Origin: Fidelibacterota bacterium
GTDB lineage: Bacteria > Fidelibacterota > Fidelibacteria > Fidelibacterales > DSDE01
Assembly: GCA_046735395.1 (NCBI GenBank)
Contig: JBJKQR010000012.1
Coordinates: 32,001-96,000, forward strand
DNA: 64,000 nucleotides
Reading direction: 5' to 3'
Part shown: positions 38,771-48,712 of the stretch, in pieces
Layout of the letters: each line of letters starts with the position of its first letter
Position numbering within the stretch: position 1 is the stretch's first letter
Position numbers and translations under genes: made by a program
The notes under the pieces: generated by a model
The model's input: only the letters and a program-made list of their open reading frames with translations
Told to the model about the DNA's origin: nothing
The model's database searches: none

Positions 38771-40212
38771 CAGCAACTATTCTGCAGAAAGCATCATCCT
38801 TTTACAGGGAATTTGAACGGAAAGGTGGTACGGAGACTCAGAGTACTCATTATTGTCCGGGCTGTGGCCATGGAATTCTGCATAAAATGATTGCCGAAGC
38901 CATTGATGATTTTGAAATCCGGGACAGAAGCGTTTTTGTCTCACCGGTGGGCTGCTCGGTCTTTGCCTATTATTATTTCGATATGGGAAATATTCAGGCC
39001 GCGCATGGCCGTGCTCCGGCCGTCGGAACCGGCTACAAGCGCTCAAATCCTGATTCCATTGTCATCTCCTATCAGGGAGACGGGGACCTGGCTGCCATCG
39101 GTGCCAATGAAATCATTCAGGCAGCCAACCGCGGTGAAGGCATGACCGTTTTTTTCGTCAATAATGCGATTTACGGGATGACCGGCGGACAGATGGCTCC
39201 CACAACGCTTGTCGGGCAGAAAACGACCACCACGCCACAGGGACGGAATCCTCAGAATGAGGGCTATCCCATCAAGATGTCGGAAATTATCTCCACACTG
39301 GAGGCTCCTGTTTATGTGGAGCGGGTCATGCTCACCGACACCAAGAATATCAATAAAACACGCAAAGCGGTGCGTAAAGCACTGAAGAACCAGATCGAGA
39401 ACAAGGGATTCTCCTTCGTTGAAGTTCTTTCCGGCTGTCCCACCGGGTGGAAATTGTCAGCCCAGGAGAGCAAGGTCTGGATCGAAAATGTTCTCTGCAA
39501 ATATTTCCCCCTGGGCGTTTTCAAGGATACTGCCGACGAACGTGATCCCATCGACTATAGCCGCGTACCGGCTCCCTATGAATCCTATCATCAGGTTCTC
39601 GATATCAGCGGCGCCTCGCTTGCTGACAAGGAGAATGTTGTCGCAGTACCTCCCCTGAAGGATGTGGCGGAAGAAGTGAAGATCGCCGGATTCGGCGGAC
39701 AGGGGGTCCTCAGCCTGGGCTATGTGATGGCGAATATCGGCATGGGACACAACTACCAGGTCAGCTGGCTGCCCAGCTACGGCCCGGAAATGCGCGGCGG
39801 AACAGCCAACTGCAGCATCAAGGTTTCAAAGAAACGAATCGGCGCACCGGTTGTTGCCAATCCCACGACCCTCATTGCCATGAACAAGCCATCCATGCAC
39901 AAATTTGAAGCTGATGTGGCGTCCGACGGTGCAATCATTTATGATTCGTCACTGATAGATGAAGCGCCGACCCGCAAGGATATCAGATCCTTTGCCGTTC
40001 CGGCCACACAGCTTGCCGATAAGATCGGATCGACCAAGGCTGCGAATATGGTCATGCTCGGCGCCTATTCCGTACTCACCGATTATCTCGATTATGATTA
40101 TATCCGGTGGGCCATTCCGAATATCATTAAAAACAAGCGATTTCTCGATATCAATGATGCCGCTTTCACGAAAGGTGTCATTTATATGAAAGAGTTGATG
40201 AAACAGGAATAA
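38767..40212 (+). CDS. vorA: 2-oxoacid:ferredoxin oxidoreductase fused beta/gamma subunit
   Basis: YCPGCGH, PVGCS, AHGRA, QGDGD (TPP), YGMTGGQ; then gamma part [20 protein letters not shown]. Confidence 0.88.
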   Translation: MTATILQKASSFYREFERKGGTETQSTHYCPGCGHGILHKMIAEAIDDFEIRDRSVFVSPVGCSVFAYYYFDMGNIQAAHGRAPAVGTGYKRSNPDSIVISYQGDGDLAAIGANEIIQAANRGEGMTVFFVNNAIYGMTGGQMAPTTLVGQKTTTTPQGRNPQNEGYPIKMSEIISTLEAPVYVERVMLTDTKNINKTRKAVRKALKNQIENKGFSFVEVLSGCPTGWKLSAQESKVWIENVLCKYFPLGVFKDTADERDPIDYSRVPAPYESYHQVLDISGASLADKENVVAVPPLKDVAEEVKIAGFGGQGVLSLGYVMANIGMGHNYQVSWLPSYGPEMRGGTANCSIKVSKKRIGAPVVANPTTLIAMNKPSMHKFEADVASDGAIIYDSSLIDEAPTRKDIRSFAVPATQLADKIGSTKAANMVMLGAYSVLTDYLDYDYIRWAIPNIIKNKRFLDINDAAFTKGVIYMKELMKQE

Positions 40213-40231
40213 TCAGTGTAAAGGAGGAAGT

Positions 40232-40693
40232 ATGCAATTCAAGAAAATTCTGCTGACTACGGATTTTTCCGAGTACTCTCTCTGTGCTGTGCCCTATGCC
40301 GTGGAGTTGGCGCGGAAATTCGGGGCTGAACTGACGATGATTCATGTCATGGAGCCGATTATTGCTCCGGCGGATTTTGCCTGGGGATCCTTCAATGTGT
40401 CCGAGATCGAAAACAAGACACGGGAATATGCCGGCAACAACTTGGACAAGCTGATGCACGAGCATATTCCGGATGATGTGAAATCTTCAGTCCATCTCGC
40501 CTATGGCAATCCCTTCAAGGAAGTCATTCAGTTTGCCAAGGAAGGAAATTTTGATCTCATTGTCATTTCAACCCATGGACTGACGGGCCTGTCGCATATT
40601 ATTTTCGGAAGTACTACCGAAAAAATTGTGCGTAAGTCCCCTATCCCGGTGATGACAGTGAGGGATCCGGAACATACCTTCGAGATGCCCTGA
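40232..40693 (+). CDS. Universal stress protein (UspA family)
   Basis: KKILLTTDFS, DLIVISTHG, FGSTTEKIVRKSPIPV. Confidence 0.92.
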   Translation: MQFKKILLTTDFSEYSLCAVPYAVELARKFGAELTMIHVMEPIIAPADFAWGSFNVSEIENKTREYAGNNLDKLMHEHIPDDVKSSVHLAYGNPFKEVIQFAKEGNFDLIVISTHGLTGLSHIIFGSTTEKIVRKSPIPVMTVRDPEHTFEMP

Positions 40694-40804
40694 ATCAGCC
40701 GGTCGGATTATGTTATTACTGTTGAAACCAGACCGACCCATCTCAACGGAGTGCAGATCGGACTGTCAGAGGGAAACTGAAAACCGTTAAAGGAGAATTG
40801 AATC

Positions 40805-42319
40805 ATGCGAAACCATTTCCTCGCCCTGCTTTCTGTTTGTATTGTATCACTATTTCTGTTCGAACCGGTTCTGAATGCTGCTGACGGGCCTGACCCGCTG
40901 CGTTTCAGCAAAGAAATTCACAAACTGATTAAAAAATATCCTGATCCCGAACCCGGTTCCAGGGTCATGGTTTGTACCGGATCCTCCAGCATGAGGGGAT
41001 GGCACTCCCGACTTGCCGAGGATCTTTCACCAATTCCTGTAATTCAGAGAGGTTTCGGCGGCAGTACCTTTCATGATCTCCGTTTCTGGGCTGACAGCCT
41101 GATAGTGCCGATTCATCCCGAAGCTGTTCTGATCTATGAAGGGGACAATGACATCGCTGCCGGAATGACTCCGGATTCCGTAGTCGGTGAATTTACGGCG
41201 CTGGCGGCTCATCTGCGTGAATCCCTGCCGGCTCTTCGCTTTTATATCCTGTCGGTGAAACCGTCTCCACTGAGAAAATCCTTCTGGCCTGCCATGAAGT
41301 TTCTGAATGCGTCCCTTGAACGGATCTGTGCCGGCGATTCTCTCATGACCTATATTGATGTGGCCTCGGCTATGCTGGATGATCAGGAACAGATGAGGCC
41401 CGAGATTTACCGGAGTGACAAACTGCATCTGAACGACAGCGGTTATGATATCTGGATGAAGACGGTCCGGTCCGTGCTTGTCCGCGAAGAAGCTCTTTCC
41501 CGTGTGGATGGCTGGGTGCCCTTCGGTGAACGGCCTCTCCTGGTGCGGAGAATCACGAGTCCCTATGCGCCTTTTCCGGATGAAAAACGGCGTGAAGGGC
41601 ACATGTACAATGATGTCCTGTATACGACCGAAGAGCATTATCAGGACAGCAGCGTGGCCCTCTGTATTCCGTCCGGATTCAATCCTCGGAAGCCGGTTAC
41701 ATTCGTGGTGTATTTTCACGGCTGGAACGGAAATATTGCCAGATCCCTGACCGAGTTCGATTTGCCCGGCCAGATTGATGCGACGGGACGCAATATCGTT
41801 TTCGTGCTTCCGGAGGGACCGAAGAATTCTCCGGACAGCTACGGCGGAAAAATTGAAAATAAAGATGTGTTCCGGCACCTGATTGATTCGATCGCGGATA
41901 CGCTGCGGGCGGACCATCTTATGGGAAAGGACGGGTGGAAGGATATCGTGATCTGCGGTCACAGCGGCGCCTACGGAGCTATTCACAATATTCTCGCACG
42001 CGGCGGATATCCGAAACGAATTTCTGATGTCTATCTCTTTGATGCGCTCTATGCCGGAAACGAGGATTTTCTGGCCTGGGCAAAATCCGGAAAAGGAAAC
42101 TTTATCAATATCATCACGGAGCATGGCGGAACTCTGGAAAATTCGAAGCTGATGGAAGAGCAGTTTAAGAAGGCGGGTCTGAAAGTGAAGGAATCGCAGA
42201 TCGAAAAACCCTCGGATCTGAAGCTCAGACGGAAGGATCGCATCTCTTTCATCTACACGAAGGGGCTCGGTCACAGTGATGTGGTGAATCCTTTTCTTTA
42301 TTTATTTCTGACCCGCTGA
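40805..42319 (+). CDS. Secreted two-domain hydrolase: SGNH/GDSL esterase fused to alpha/beta-hydrolase
   Basis: Signal peptide; GSSS, RGFGGS, YEGDND, DKLH (SGNH blocks); then YFHGW, GHSGA nucleophile elbow, FDALY. Confidence 0.75.
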   Translation: MRNHFLALLSVCIVSLFLFEPVLNAADGPDPLRFSKEIHKLIKKYPDPEPGSRVMVCTGSSSMRGWHSRLAEDLSPIPVIQRGFGGSTFHDLRFWADSLIVPIHPEAVLIYEGDNDIAAGMTPDSVVGEFTALAAHLRESLPALRFYILSVKPSPLRKSFWPAMKFLNASLERICAGDSLMTYIDVASAMLDDQEQMRPEIYRSDKLHLNDSGYDIWMKTVRSVLVREEALSRVDGWVPFGERPLLVRRITSPYAPFPDEKRREGHMYNDVLYTTEEHYQDSSVALCIPSGFNPRKPVTFVVYFHGWNGNIARSLTEFDLPGQIDATGRNIVFVLPEGPKNSPDSYGGKIENKDVFRHLIDSIADTLRADHLMGKDGWKDIVICGHSGAYGAIHNILARGGYPKRISDVYLFDALYAGNEDFLAWAKSGKGNFINIITEHGGTLENSKLMEEQFKKAGLKVKESQIEKPSDLKLRRKDRISFIYTKGLGHSDVVNPFLYLFLTR

Positions 42320-42424
42320 TTCGTTGTAGGGGCGGGAAGAAAAGCCGGTGTGACCGGATGAGCATTCCGGTAACTCTTTCAAGCCCGTGTGTGTCTAACC
42401 GGGAAAAACAGGTAAGGAGAACTG

Positions 42425-43288
42425 ATGCGGAAGTTATGGATGATATGTCTCGCAGTACCGTTGCTGATGGGTTCCTGTAAGGAAGAAGTTGTCAGTCAGA
42501 TGTCTGCAGCGCCCCCGGCCATTGACGGGGATCTGAGTGATTGGGGCGGCGATTTGATCATATATCAGGAGGAAGGTGTCGTCTGCGGACTGAGCCATGA
42601 TGAGTCACATCTCTATCTGGCTCTCAGCAGCCGGAAACCGGAAACACTTCGTGCCATCATGCGCTCCGGACTGACGGTCTGGCTGAATGATCAGGGGAGA
42701 TCCAAAAAAAGTTTCGGGATTCAGTACCCGCTGCCCATGAACCGGGAAGAATTCCGGGCACTTCGCCGTACGGGTTCAGGCGGCAGATCTCATCAGAACG
42801 GGGGAAACCGGGATTGGCAGAATCCGGAGAACAGAAACCGGATGATGGCAAAATTATTCGGAGAGTATCTCAGCACACAGACAGATTTTTCGCTTCTCAG
42901 CGGCCCCGGCCATGTCGAATCGCAACAGGCACTGAGCGTCAGTGAGTCCATCAAGGCCGCAGTTACATTCAGGGACGGCCAGTTCAGTTATGAATTGTCC
43001 ATACCCTTTGATGACGCGGAGGACGGAACGATGGCTTTGCATAAGAATCCCAAATCCCGTTATAATATAGGGATAGAAATTCCCGCACCCGATTTGACCC
43101 GGATGCGTGGAGGACGTCCAATGGGGGATGGAATGTCCGGCGGAATGTCAGGTGGCGGCATGAGCGGCGGATCCTTTGATGGCGGCGGACAATTCTCCGG
43201 GTCCGGAATGAGGCAGGGAGGAGACCGGTCGCGTTATCCGCAGCAGACAGATGTTGAGCTGTGGCTCAAGGTGCGCTGTACTCCCTGA
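42425..43288 (+). CDS. Hypothetical lipoprotein with DOMON/CBM9-like start and Gly-rich tract
   Basis: Lipobox LLMGSC, PAIDGDLSDW, GMSGG repeats; RBS AAGGAG. Confidence 0.65.
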   Translation: MRKLWMICLAVPLLMGSCKEEVVSQMSAAPPAIDGDLSDWGGDLIIYQEEGVVCGLSHDESHLYLALSSRKPETLRAIMRSGLTVWLNDQGRSKKSFGIQYPLPMNREEFRALRRTGSGGRSHQNGGNRDWQNPENRNRMMAKLFGEYLSTQTDFSLLSGPGHVESQQALSVSESIKAAVTFRDGQFSYELSIPFDDAEDGTMALHKNPKSRYNIGIEIPAPDLTRMRGGRPMGDGMSGGMSGGGMSGGSFDGGGQFSGSGMRQGGDRSRYPQQTDVELWLKVRCTP

Positions 43289-43473
43289 TATATTCGTAAA
43301 ATCGAAGCTGTTTATTTAATAATTCGGTTGCGTCCATAGGTGATCCGCCCCTGGCATTAATCTGTTTTATGCGATTCAGGTCACATTCGGTGATATGATT
43401 TTGCTTTCAATGGTTTTCAACCTTAATTTTGAAGGTGTGACGCGGAGGAAAAAATAAAAATGATGCGGGTGTG

Positions 43474-44751
43474 ATGGACAGACAATCTCAATATCTACTT
43501 GTCGAGGGGAATGAAGATCTTGGCGGAAGCCTGAAATCCCGAATGGAAAATGAACTCCAGGCCACCGTGGTATGGACGCAGACCTATCATGATACGCAGA
43601 CCTTGTTGCAGGAGCCGCGCTTCAGATTTGATGCGGCGGTCATGAATACGGTGCTGCCGGATGCCGAACAGGGAGACACTATTGATCTGCTGGTGAAAAA
43701 GGGGATACCCGCCGTCGTTATTACCACCGATGTCAGTGATGAAGAGCGGCAGCAGATATGGGCACGAAATGTGGCGGACTATTTTCTGGCTGAGGATCCG
43801 AATTGCGAAGATAACGTTCTGGCAGCTCTGGCCCGTTTGGAAAATAACAAATCCATCCCTATTCTTGTGGCTGAAGGTTCAGATGTTTTCCGAAAGATTG
43901 TCAGTGATCTGTTACAGGTTCATCAGTACAGGATATTGAACTGCAGTACGGGAGCCCGAGCCCTCGAGATTCTGGAAGCCCATCCGGAAATCAAACTTGC
44001 GCTCGTGGATTACGACATGGAGGATATGAAGGGTTATGAGCTGACCCGTACCATCCGGAGCCGGCGTCGGACAGATTCTCTGGCCATTATCGGGATTTCC
44101 GCTCAGGGTGATGAGCGGATGGCAGCCATGTTTTTTAAAGCCGGCGCAAATGACTTCATCGTCAGGGAGCGTTTTCTCATCGAGGAATTCTATACCCGCA
44201 TAAATCAGTGTCTGGATACCTTAAACCTGATTCAGACAGCCCGGGACGCAGCTGTCACGGATTACCTGACCGGTCTGCATAATCAGAAGTATTTTTTCGA
44301 AGTGGGTGAGAAACTGTTTTCATCTGCGCTGAGGGAAAACATTTCACTCGTCTGCGCCATGCTGGATATTGATCAGTTCAAACGCATAAACGAAATTTAT
44401 GGCCATGATGACGGAGATGTGATCCTGAAGCAGGTGGCCGCGCGAATCCGCGGACGGATGAGGAAGGCCGATGTGCTGGCTCGTTTCGGTGGTGATAAAT
44501 TCTGTATTCTCTCCGTTAATATGGGAGAAGACAAGGCCTTCACCATATTCGATGATATCCGTAAGCTGGTTATGAAATCAGGCGTTGTCCTGAATCCGGG
44601 CAAGGATCCGGTTACCGTCACGCTGAGTGTGGGTGTGACCCGTATTCTGGGTGACAATCTGAATTCCATGATCCGTCGTGCGGAGGAATTGCTCTACACC
44701 GCAAAACGGACGGGCCGCAACCATGTCCTGACAGATCAGTCATCACGCTGA
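43474..44751 (+). CDS. REC-REC-GGDEF (PleD-like) protein with a variant active site
   Basis: Two receiver-like domains, TDYLTGLHN, MLDIDQFKRINE.YGH..GD, RFGGDKF, AKRTGRN. Confidence 0.88.
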   Translation: MDRQSQYLLVEGNEDLGGSLKSRMENELQATVVWTQTYHDTQTLLQEPRFRFDAAVMNTVLPDAEQGDTIDLLVKKGIPAVVITTDVSDEERQQIWARNVADYFLAEDPNCEDNVLAALARLENNKSIPILVAEGSDVFRKIVSDLLQVHQYRILNCSTGARALEILEAHPEIKLALVDYDMEDMKGYELTRTIRSRRRTDSLAIIGISAQGDERMAAMFFKAGANDFIVRERFLIEEFYTRINQCLDTLNLIQTARDAAVTDYLTGLHNQKYFFEVGEKLFSSALRENISLVCAMLDIDQFKRINEIYGHDDGDVILKQVAARIRGRMRKADVLARFGGDKFCILSVNMGEDKAFTIFDDIRKLVMKSGVVLNPGKDPVTVTLSVGVTRILGDNLNSMIRRAEELLYTAKRTGRNHVLTDQSSR

Positions 44752-45011
44752 ATTATTCTGTTTTTCAGTTTAAATACTTCAGGCCCCGCGAGTTGGGCCG
44801 TCTGTCCGAAACCGGGAATATCCGTGTGCAGGGGAAAATGCCGCGGATACATGGAAAAAGCTAAAAATCGTTTAAAAATAGACATTAAATCGTTAAATTC
44901 CGGCAATATGGCCGATAAGAATTTGTACACCCTCAGTTTTACCAAAATACCCTTTTTCACGGACTATTCAAGGTTCGCGGGCAGGATGTCGGCAGGGAGG
45001 AGAGTCCGGGT

Positions 45012-46145
45012 ATGAATTCATCCCAGAAAAGTCTGATCCGTCAGATATTCGAAGGCGCGCCGGGCGGGAGTATCAACATGGCATTGGGTGAGCCGGTTTT
45101 CAATCGCCCTGCCTGGTTTGACAAACTGCTGACGCCGACAGTTCTGAACCGTTTCAGTTACAGTCCCAACGCCGGATATGCGGAGACGCGGGACGCCGTT
45201 CTGAATTTGAATGGCTATCCCGGCAAAGTGGAAGATCTGTGCCTGACCTGTGGCGCCGAGGAAGGGCTGTTTGCAACACTCAGCGGCATCCGGCTCGAAC
45301 AAGGCAGCAAGGGGGCGATGCTTGCACCGGATCCCTTTTTTCTCACTTATCCCACTATTGCAAGTTTACTCGGAATGCGGTTCGATTCCTATTCTCTGCC
45401 GGCCTGGTCCGGATGTTCGCTATATGATGCTGTCGCCGAAAATATCCGGGAGGATACGCAGGTGGTCATCATCAACTCACCGGGAAATCCGGCGGGAAAT
45501 ATGGTCGATATTGAGGACTTGCATCGCGTCGAGAATCTCTGCGCGGAAAAGAATATTTTTCTGCTGGTGGATGAGGTGTATCGCTTTTTCGGCAATGAAA
45601 CCCGGCCGGTGTCCCACAGCTGGGAGGAGTTGGGCAGTCATACGATCTGCGTCAGTTCAGTCACGAAGATATTCGGACTTCCGGGTCTTCGTCTGGGCTG
45701 GGCCTTTACCCGCCATCCGCTGATGCAGAATATCATTGCAGCTCATCAGAGCATCACGGCCATTTCACCCACGCCGTCCCAGCAGATTGTAGCTGAATTC
45801 CCCGCTTATGATTATTCGAAATGGCTGAAGGAAAACAGGGACAAAACGATCCGTAACCGGAATTCGCTCATGGCAATGCTGGATGATCATGGCCTGGAAT
45901 ATATTCGCCCGGAAGGCGCTTTCTATCTGCTTCTGAAAGTACCGGAAGCTGTGTTGGCAAACTTTGACGATGTAGAAACTGCATTTGCCCTGAGGGACGA
46001 ATTTTCAGTTCTTGTCGTTCCCGGATCCGCCTTCGGCGCCAACGCACGCGGAACGCTGCGTCTGTCCTTCGGCGGTGCGGGCGACGATTTCCCCGAAGCT
46101 GTGCGGCGGATTCATCACGGTTTTGAAAAATTATCTAAAAGTTAA
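45012..46145 (+). CDS. PLP-dependent aminotransferase, class I/II
   Basis: LGEP, NSPGNPAG, DEVY, SVTKIFGLPGLRLGW, PEGAFY, VPGSAFG. Confidence 0.9.
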   Translation: MNSSQKSLIRQIFEGAPGGSINMALGEPVFNRPAWFDKLLTPTVLNRFSYSPNAGYAETRDAVLNLNGYPGKVEDLCLTCGAEEGLFATLSGIRLEQGSKGAMLAPDPFFLTYPTIASLLGMRFDSYSLPAWSGCSLYDAVAENIREDTQVVIINSPGNPAGNMVDIEDLHRVENLCAEKNIFLLVDEVYRFFGNETRPVSHSWEELGSHTICVSSVTKIFGLPGLRLGWAFTRHPLMQNIIAAHQSITAISPTPSQQIVAEFPAYDYSKWLKENRDKTIRNRNSLMAMLDDHGLEYIRPEGAFYLLLKVPEAVLANFDDVETAFALRDEFSVLVVPGSAFGANARGTLRLSFGGAGDDFPEAVRRIHHGFEKLSKS

Positions 46146-46153
46146 GGAGTGAT

Positions 46154-47596
46154 ATGACAGCACAAGACAGAGGACATGGACTGGGACAGCAATTGTCCAC
46201 CTTTCCCCGTGCGTTCTGGATGCTGAACATCATGGAGATGCTGGAACGGCTGGCCTATTACGGTGTCCGCGTCGTAATCCCGATCTACATCGCCCAGGCA
46301 GATGAAATCGGCGGTCTCCATTTTACGCAGATTCAGAAAGGTGAAATCTTTATGTGGTGGGCCATTGTGCAATCATTGGTTCCCATGTTCTCCGGCGGTT
46401 TTGCAGATCGTTACGGATATAAGAAAACCATCGCCTTTTCCATCGTTTTCAAAGCAATCGGGTATCTGCTGATGGCGACACAGCGCGCTTTCTTTCCCTT
46501 TCTCATGGGGACGCTGGTGCTTGCCTTCGGGACGGCTGTCTTCAAACCCGGTATTCAGGGATCTCTGGTCCAGACACTGGATGAAAAACACAGTTCGGTC
46601 GGGTGGGGCACCTTCTATATGCTGGTGAATATCGGCGGATTTCTCGGGCCGCCCCTGGCGCATTTCCTCTACGGAATCAGCTGGCCGGCCGTCTTCTACG
46701 GATGTGCAGTCATCGTTTCGCTCAATTTCATCACCCTGCTGACCTATGAAGAAATTCCGGCAGGCGGGGAACAGACCATGAGTCCCATGGATATCATGGT
46801 GAAAACATTCAGAAATATTATTAAACCCCGTCTCGGACTCTTCATCCTGATCATGTCCGGGTTCTGGCTCATGTTCATGCAACTCTTCGATATGCTCCCC
46901 AATTTCATCGTTGACTGGGTGGACACGGCCGATATGGTTTCACGCTTTCATCTGCCGTCCTTCATGACGGTGGAAACCCTGCGCGGGACCATGGTCACTC
47001 AGGAATGGCTGATTAACGCCAACGCGGGACTCATTGTCCTGGCGGTTGTCTTCGTTTCATGGATGGTGTCCAGAATGCGGAGAGTGACCTCGATTTTTAT
47101 CGGTATCACTATTTCCGCCATCGGCCTGGTGACGGCCGGATTCACCATGAACGGGTATTTTGTGCTGATGGGAATCCTCATGTTCTCCGTCGGTGAAATG
47201 CTCTCCTCACCCAAAATGAATGAATACCTGGGCGTGATTGCCCCTGCCGGTGAGAAAGGCCTGTATATGGGTTATGCCAACATTCCGCTGGCTGTGGGCT
47301 GGGGCTACGGCTCTCTCATGGGAGGCAAGGTCTATGATCAGATGGGTGACAAGGCAAATCTGGCTATTCGCTACCTCAGGGAAAATCTGAATTTTACTGA
47401 TGAGGTTGTGCGGAATAATGCCTTTGCCAAACTCATGGATGTGACGGGCATGTCTGCAGGGGATGCGACGCATCTGCTCTGGAACCAGTATCATCCCTAC
47501 AGACTCTGGTATCAGTTTGCAGCGATCGGTCTCCTGTCTGCAGTCGGCATTTTTATTTATTCCCAGGCTGTAAAAAAATCAGAAGCGGGGATCTGA
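46154..47596 (+). CDS. MFS transporter, POT/PTR-like peptide transporter
   Basis: EMLERLAYYG (ExxER motif), FYMLVNIGG, GEMLSSP; many TM segments. Confidence 0.82.
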   Translation: MTAQDRGHGLGQQLSTFPRAFWMLNIMEMLERLAYYGVRVVIPIYIAQADEIGGLHFTQIQKGEIFMWWAIVQSLVPMFSGGFADRYGYKKTIAFSIVFKAIGYLLMATQRAFFPFLMGTLVLAFGTAVFKPGIQGSLVQTLDEKHSSVGWGTFYMLVNIGGFLGPPLAHFLYGISWPAVFYGCAVIVSLNFITLLTYEEIPAGGEQTMSPMDIMVKTFRNIIKPRLGLFILIMSGFWLMFMQLFDMLPNFIVDWVDTADMVSRFHLPSFMTVETLRGTMVTQEWLINANAGLIVLAVVFVSWMVSRMRRVTSIFIGITISAIGLVTAGFTMNGYFVLMGILMFSVGEMLSSPKMNEYLGVIAPAGEKGLYMGYANIPLAVGWGYGSLMGGKVYDQMGDKANLAIRYLRENLNFTDEVVRNNAFAKLMDVTGMSAGDATHLLWNQYHPYRLWYQFAAIGLLSAVGIFIYSQAVKKSEAGI

Positions 47597-47601
47597 AACA
47601 T

Positions 47602-48711
47602 ATGTCGGAAGAAATTATGATCAAAAAAACTCCGTTTTATGACAGGCACGTGGCATTTCATGCCAAAATAGTGGAATTTGCCGGCTTTGAGATGCCGGTG
47701 AGTTACGAGGGAATCAATGCCGAACATCTGCACGTCCGCCAGGCTCTGGGCGTATTCGACGTTTCGCACATGGGTGAATTCTTCGTGGAGGGGCCGGGCG
47801 CACAGGCCTTTCTCCAGACCATGACTGTCAATGATGTGGAAGCGCTTCGTGACGGCCAGGCTCAGTATTCGGCCATGTGCTATGATGACGCCGGTATTGT
47901 GGATGATCTCATTGTCTATCGTTTCGATGCGTCCAAATATATGCTGGTGGTGAATGCGGCCAATCTGGAGAAGGATTTTTTCTGGCTTCAGCAGCACCTC
48001 AACGGGGACGTGACCCTGACTGATCGCAGCGATGATCTGGCCCTGCTGGCGGTTCAGGGGCCCGATGCCATGAATTGCATACAGAAACTCTGTGATATAG
48101 ATGTTTCGGAAATCGAATTCTATCATTTTCGCGAATGCCGCATCGCCGGCGAGGAGGTGCTTCTTTCCAGAACCGGTTACACCGGAGAGAAGGGGTTTGA
48201 AATTTATCACAGCCCGCTTCAGTCCGATACCATCTGGGATGCACTGTTTCAGACCGGGAAAGCCTGGAATATCAAACCTATCGGACTGGGCGCCCGTGAT
48301 ACACTCCGGCTCGAAATGAAATACTGCCTGTACGGAAATGATATTGATTCCGGTACCAACCCCCTGGAAGCAGGACTGGGATGGATTACGCGTCTGAATA
48401 AAAACGGCGACTTCATCGGAAAGGATGCGTTGCTGAAGATAAAGGAAGCGGGCCTGAAACGAAAATTGGTTGGATTCAAGATGATCGACCGCGGCATACC
48501 CCGTCATGGATATGAGGTGGATGTGGAGGGTCAGATCTCAGGCATTGTGACCTCCGGCACCCAGTCTCCCACGCTTGGGGAAGCCATTGGCCTTGCCTAC
48601 GTTGATACAGCTTATGCCAAAGTCGGGAATGAAATCCGTATTCTGATCCGCGGCAAAGCGCTGAGAGCCAAAGTTGTAAAAACCCCTTTCACGGATTCGA
48701 GCCCACTCTGA
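47602..48711 (+). CDS. gcvT: Glycine cleavage system aminomethyltransferase T
   Basis: KKTP, FAGFEMP, FDVSHMGE, RTGYTGEKGFE, GLGARDTLRLE, VTSG. Confidence 0.95.
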   Translation: MSEEIMIKKTPFYDRHVAFHAKIVEFAGFEMPVSYEGINAEHLHVRQALGVFDVSHMGEFFVEGPGAQAFLQTMTVNDVEALRDGQAQYSAMCYDDAGIVDDLIVYRFDASKYMLVVNAANLEKDFFWLQQHLNGDVTLTDRSDDLALLAVQGPDAMNCIQKLCDIDVSEIEFYHFRECRIAGEEVLLSRTGYTGEKGFEIYHSPLQSDTIWDALFQTGKAWNIKPIGLGARDTLRLEMKYCLYGNDIDSGTNPLEAGLGWITRLNKNGDFIGKDALLKIKEAGLKRKLVGFKMIDRGIPRHGYEVDVEGQISGIVTSGTQSPTLGEAIGLAYVDTAYAKVGNEIRILIRGKALRAKVVKTPFTDSSPL

Positions 48712-48712
48712 T

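Noticed and set aside
40690..40720. dif-like site (TTATGTTA)
   Set aside because: Only a partial XerD-arm resemblance and no XerC arm.
43120..43215. GGAATG-type short repeats as a DNA element
   Set aside because: Explained by the Gly/Met/Ser low-complexity coding tract of the lipoprotein.
44894..44918. sigma28 promoter (TAAA...GCCGATAA)
   Set aside because: The -10 is perfect but the spacer is 13 bp rather than 15, and the downstream gene is an aminotransferase.
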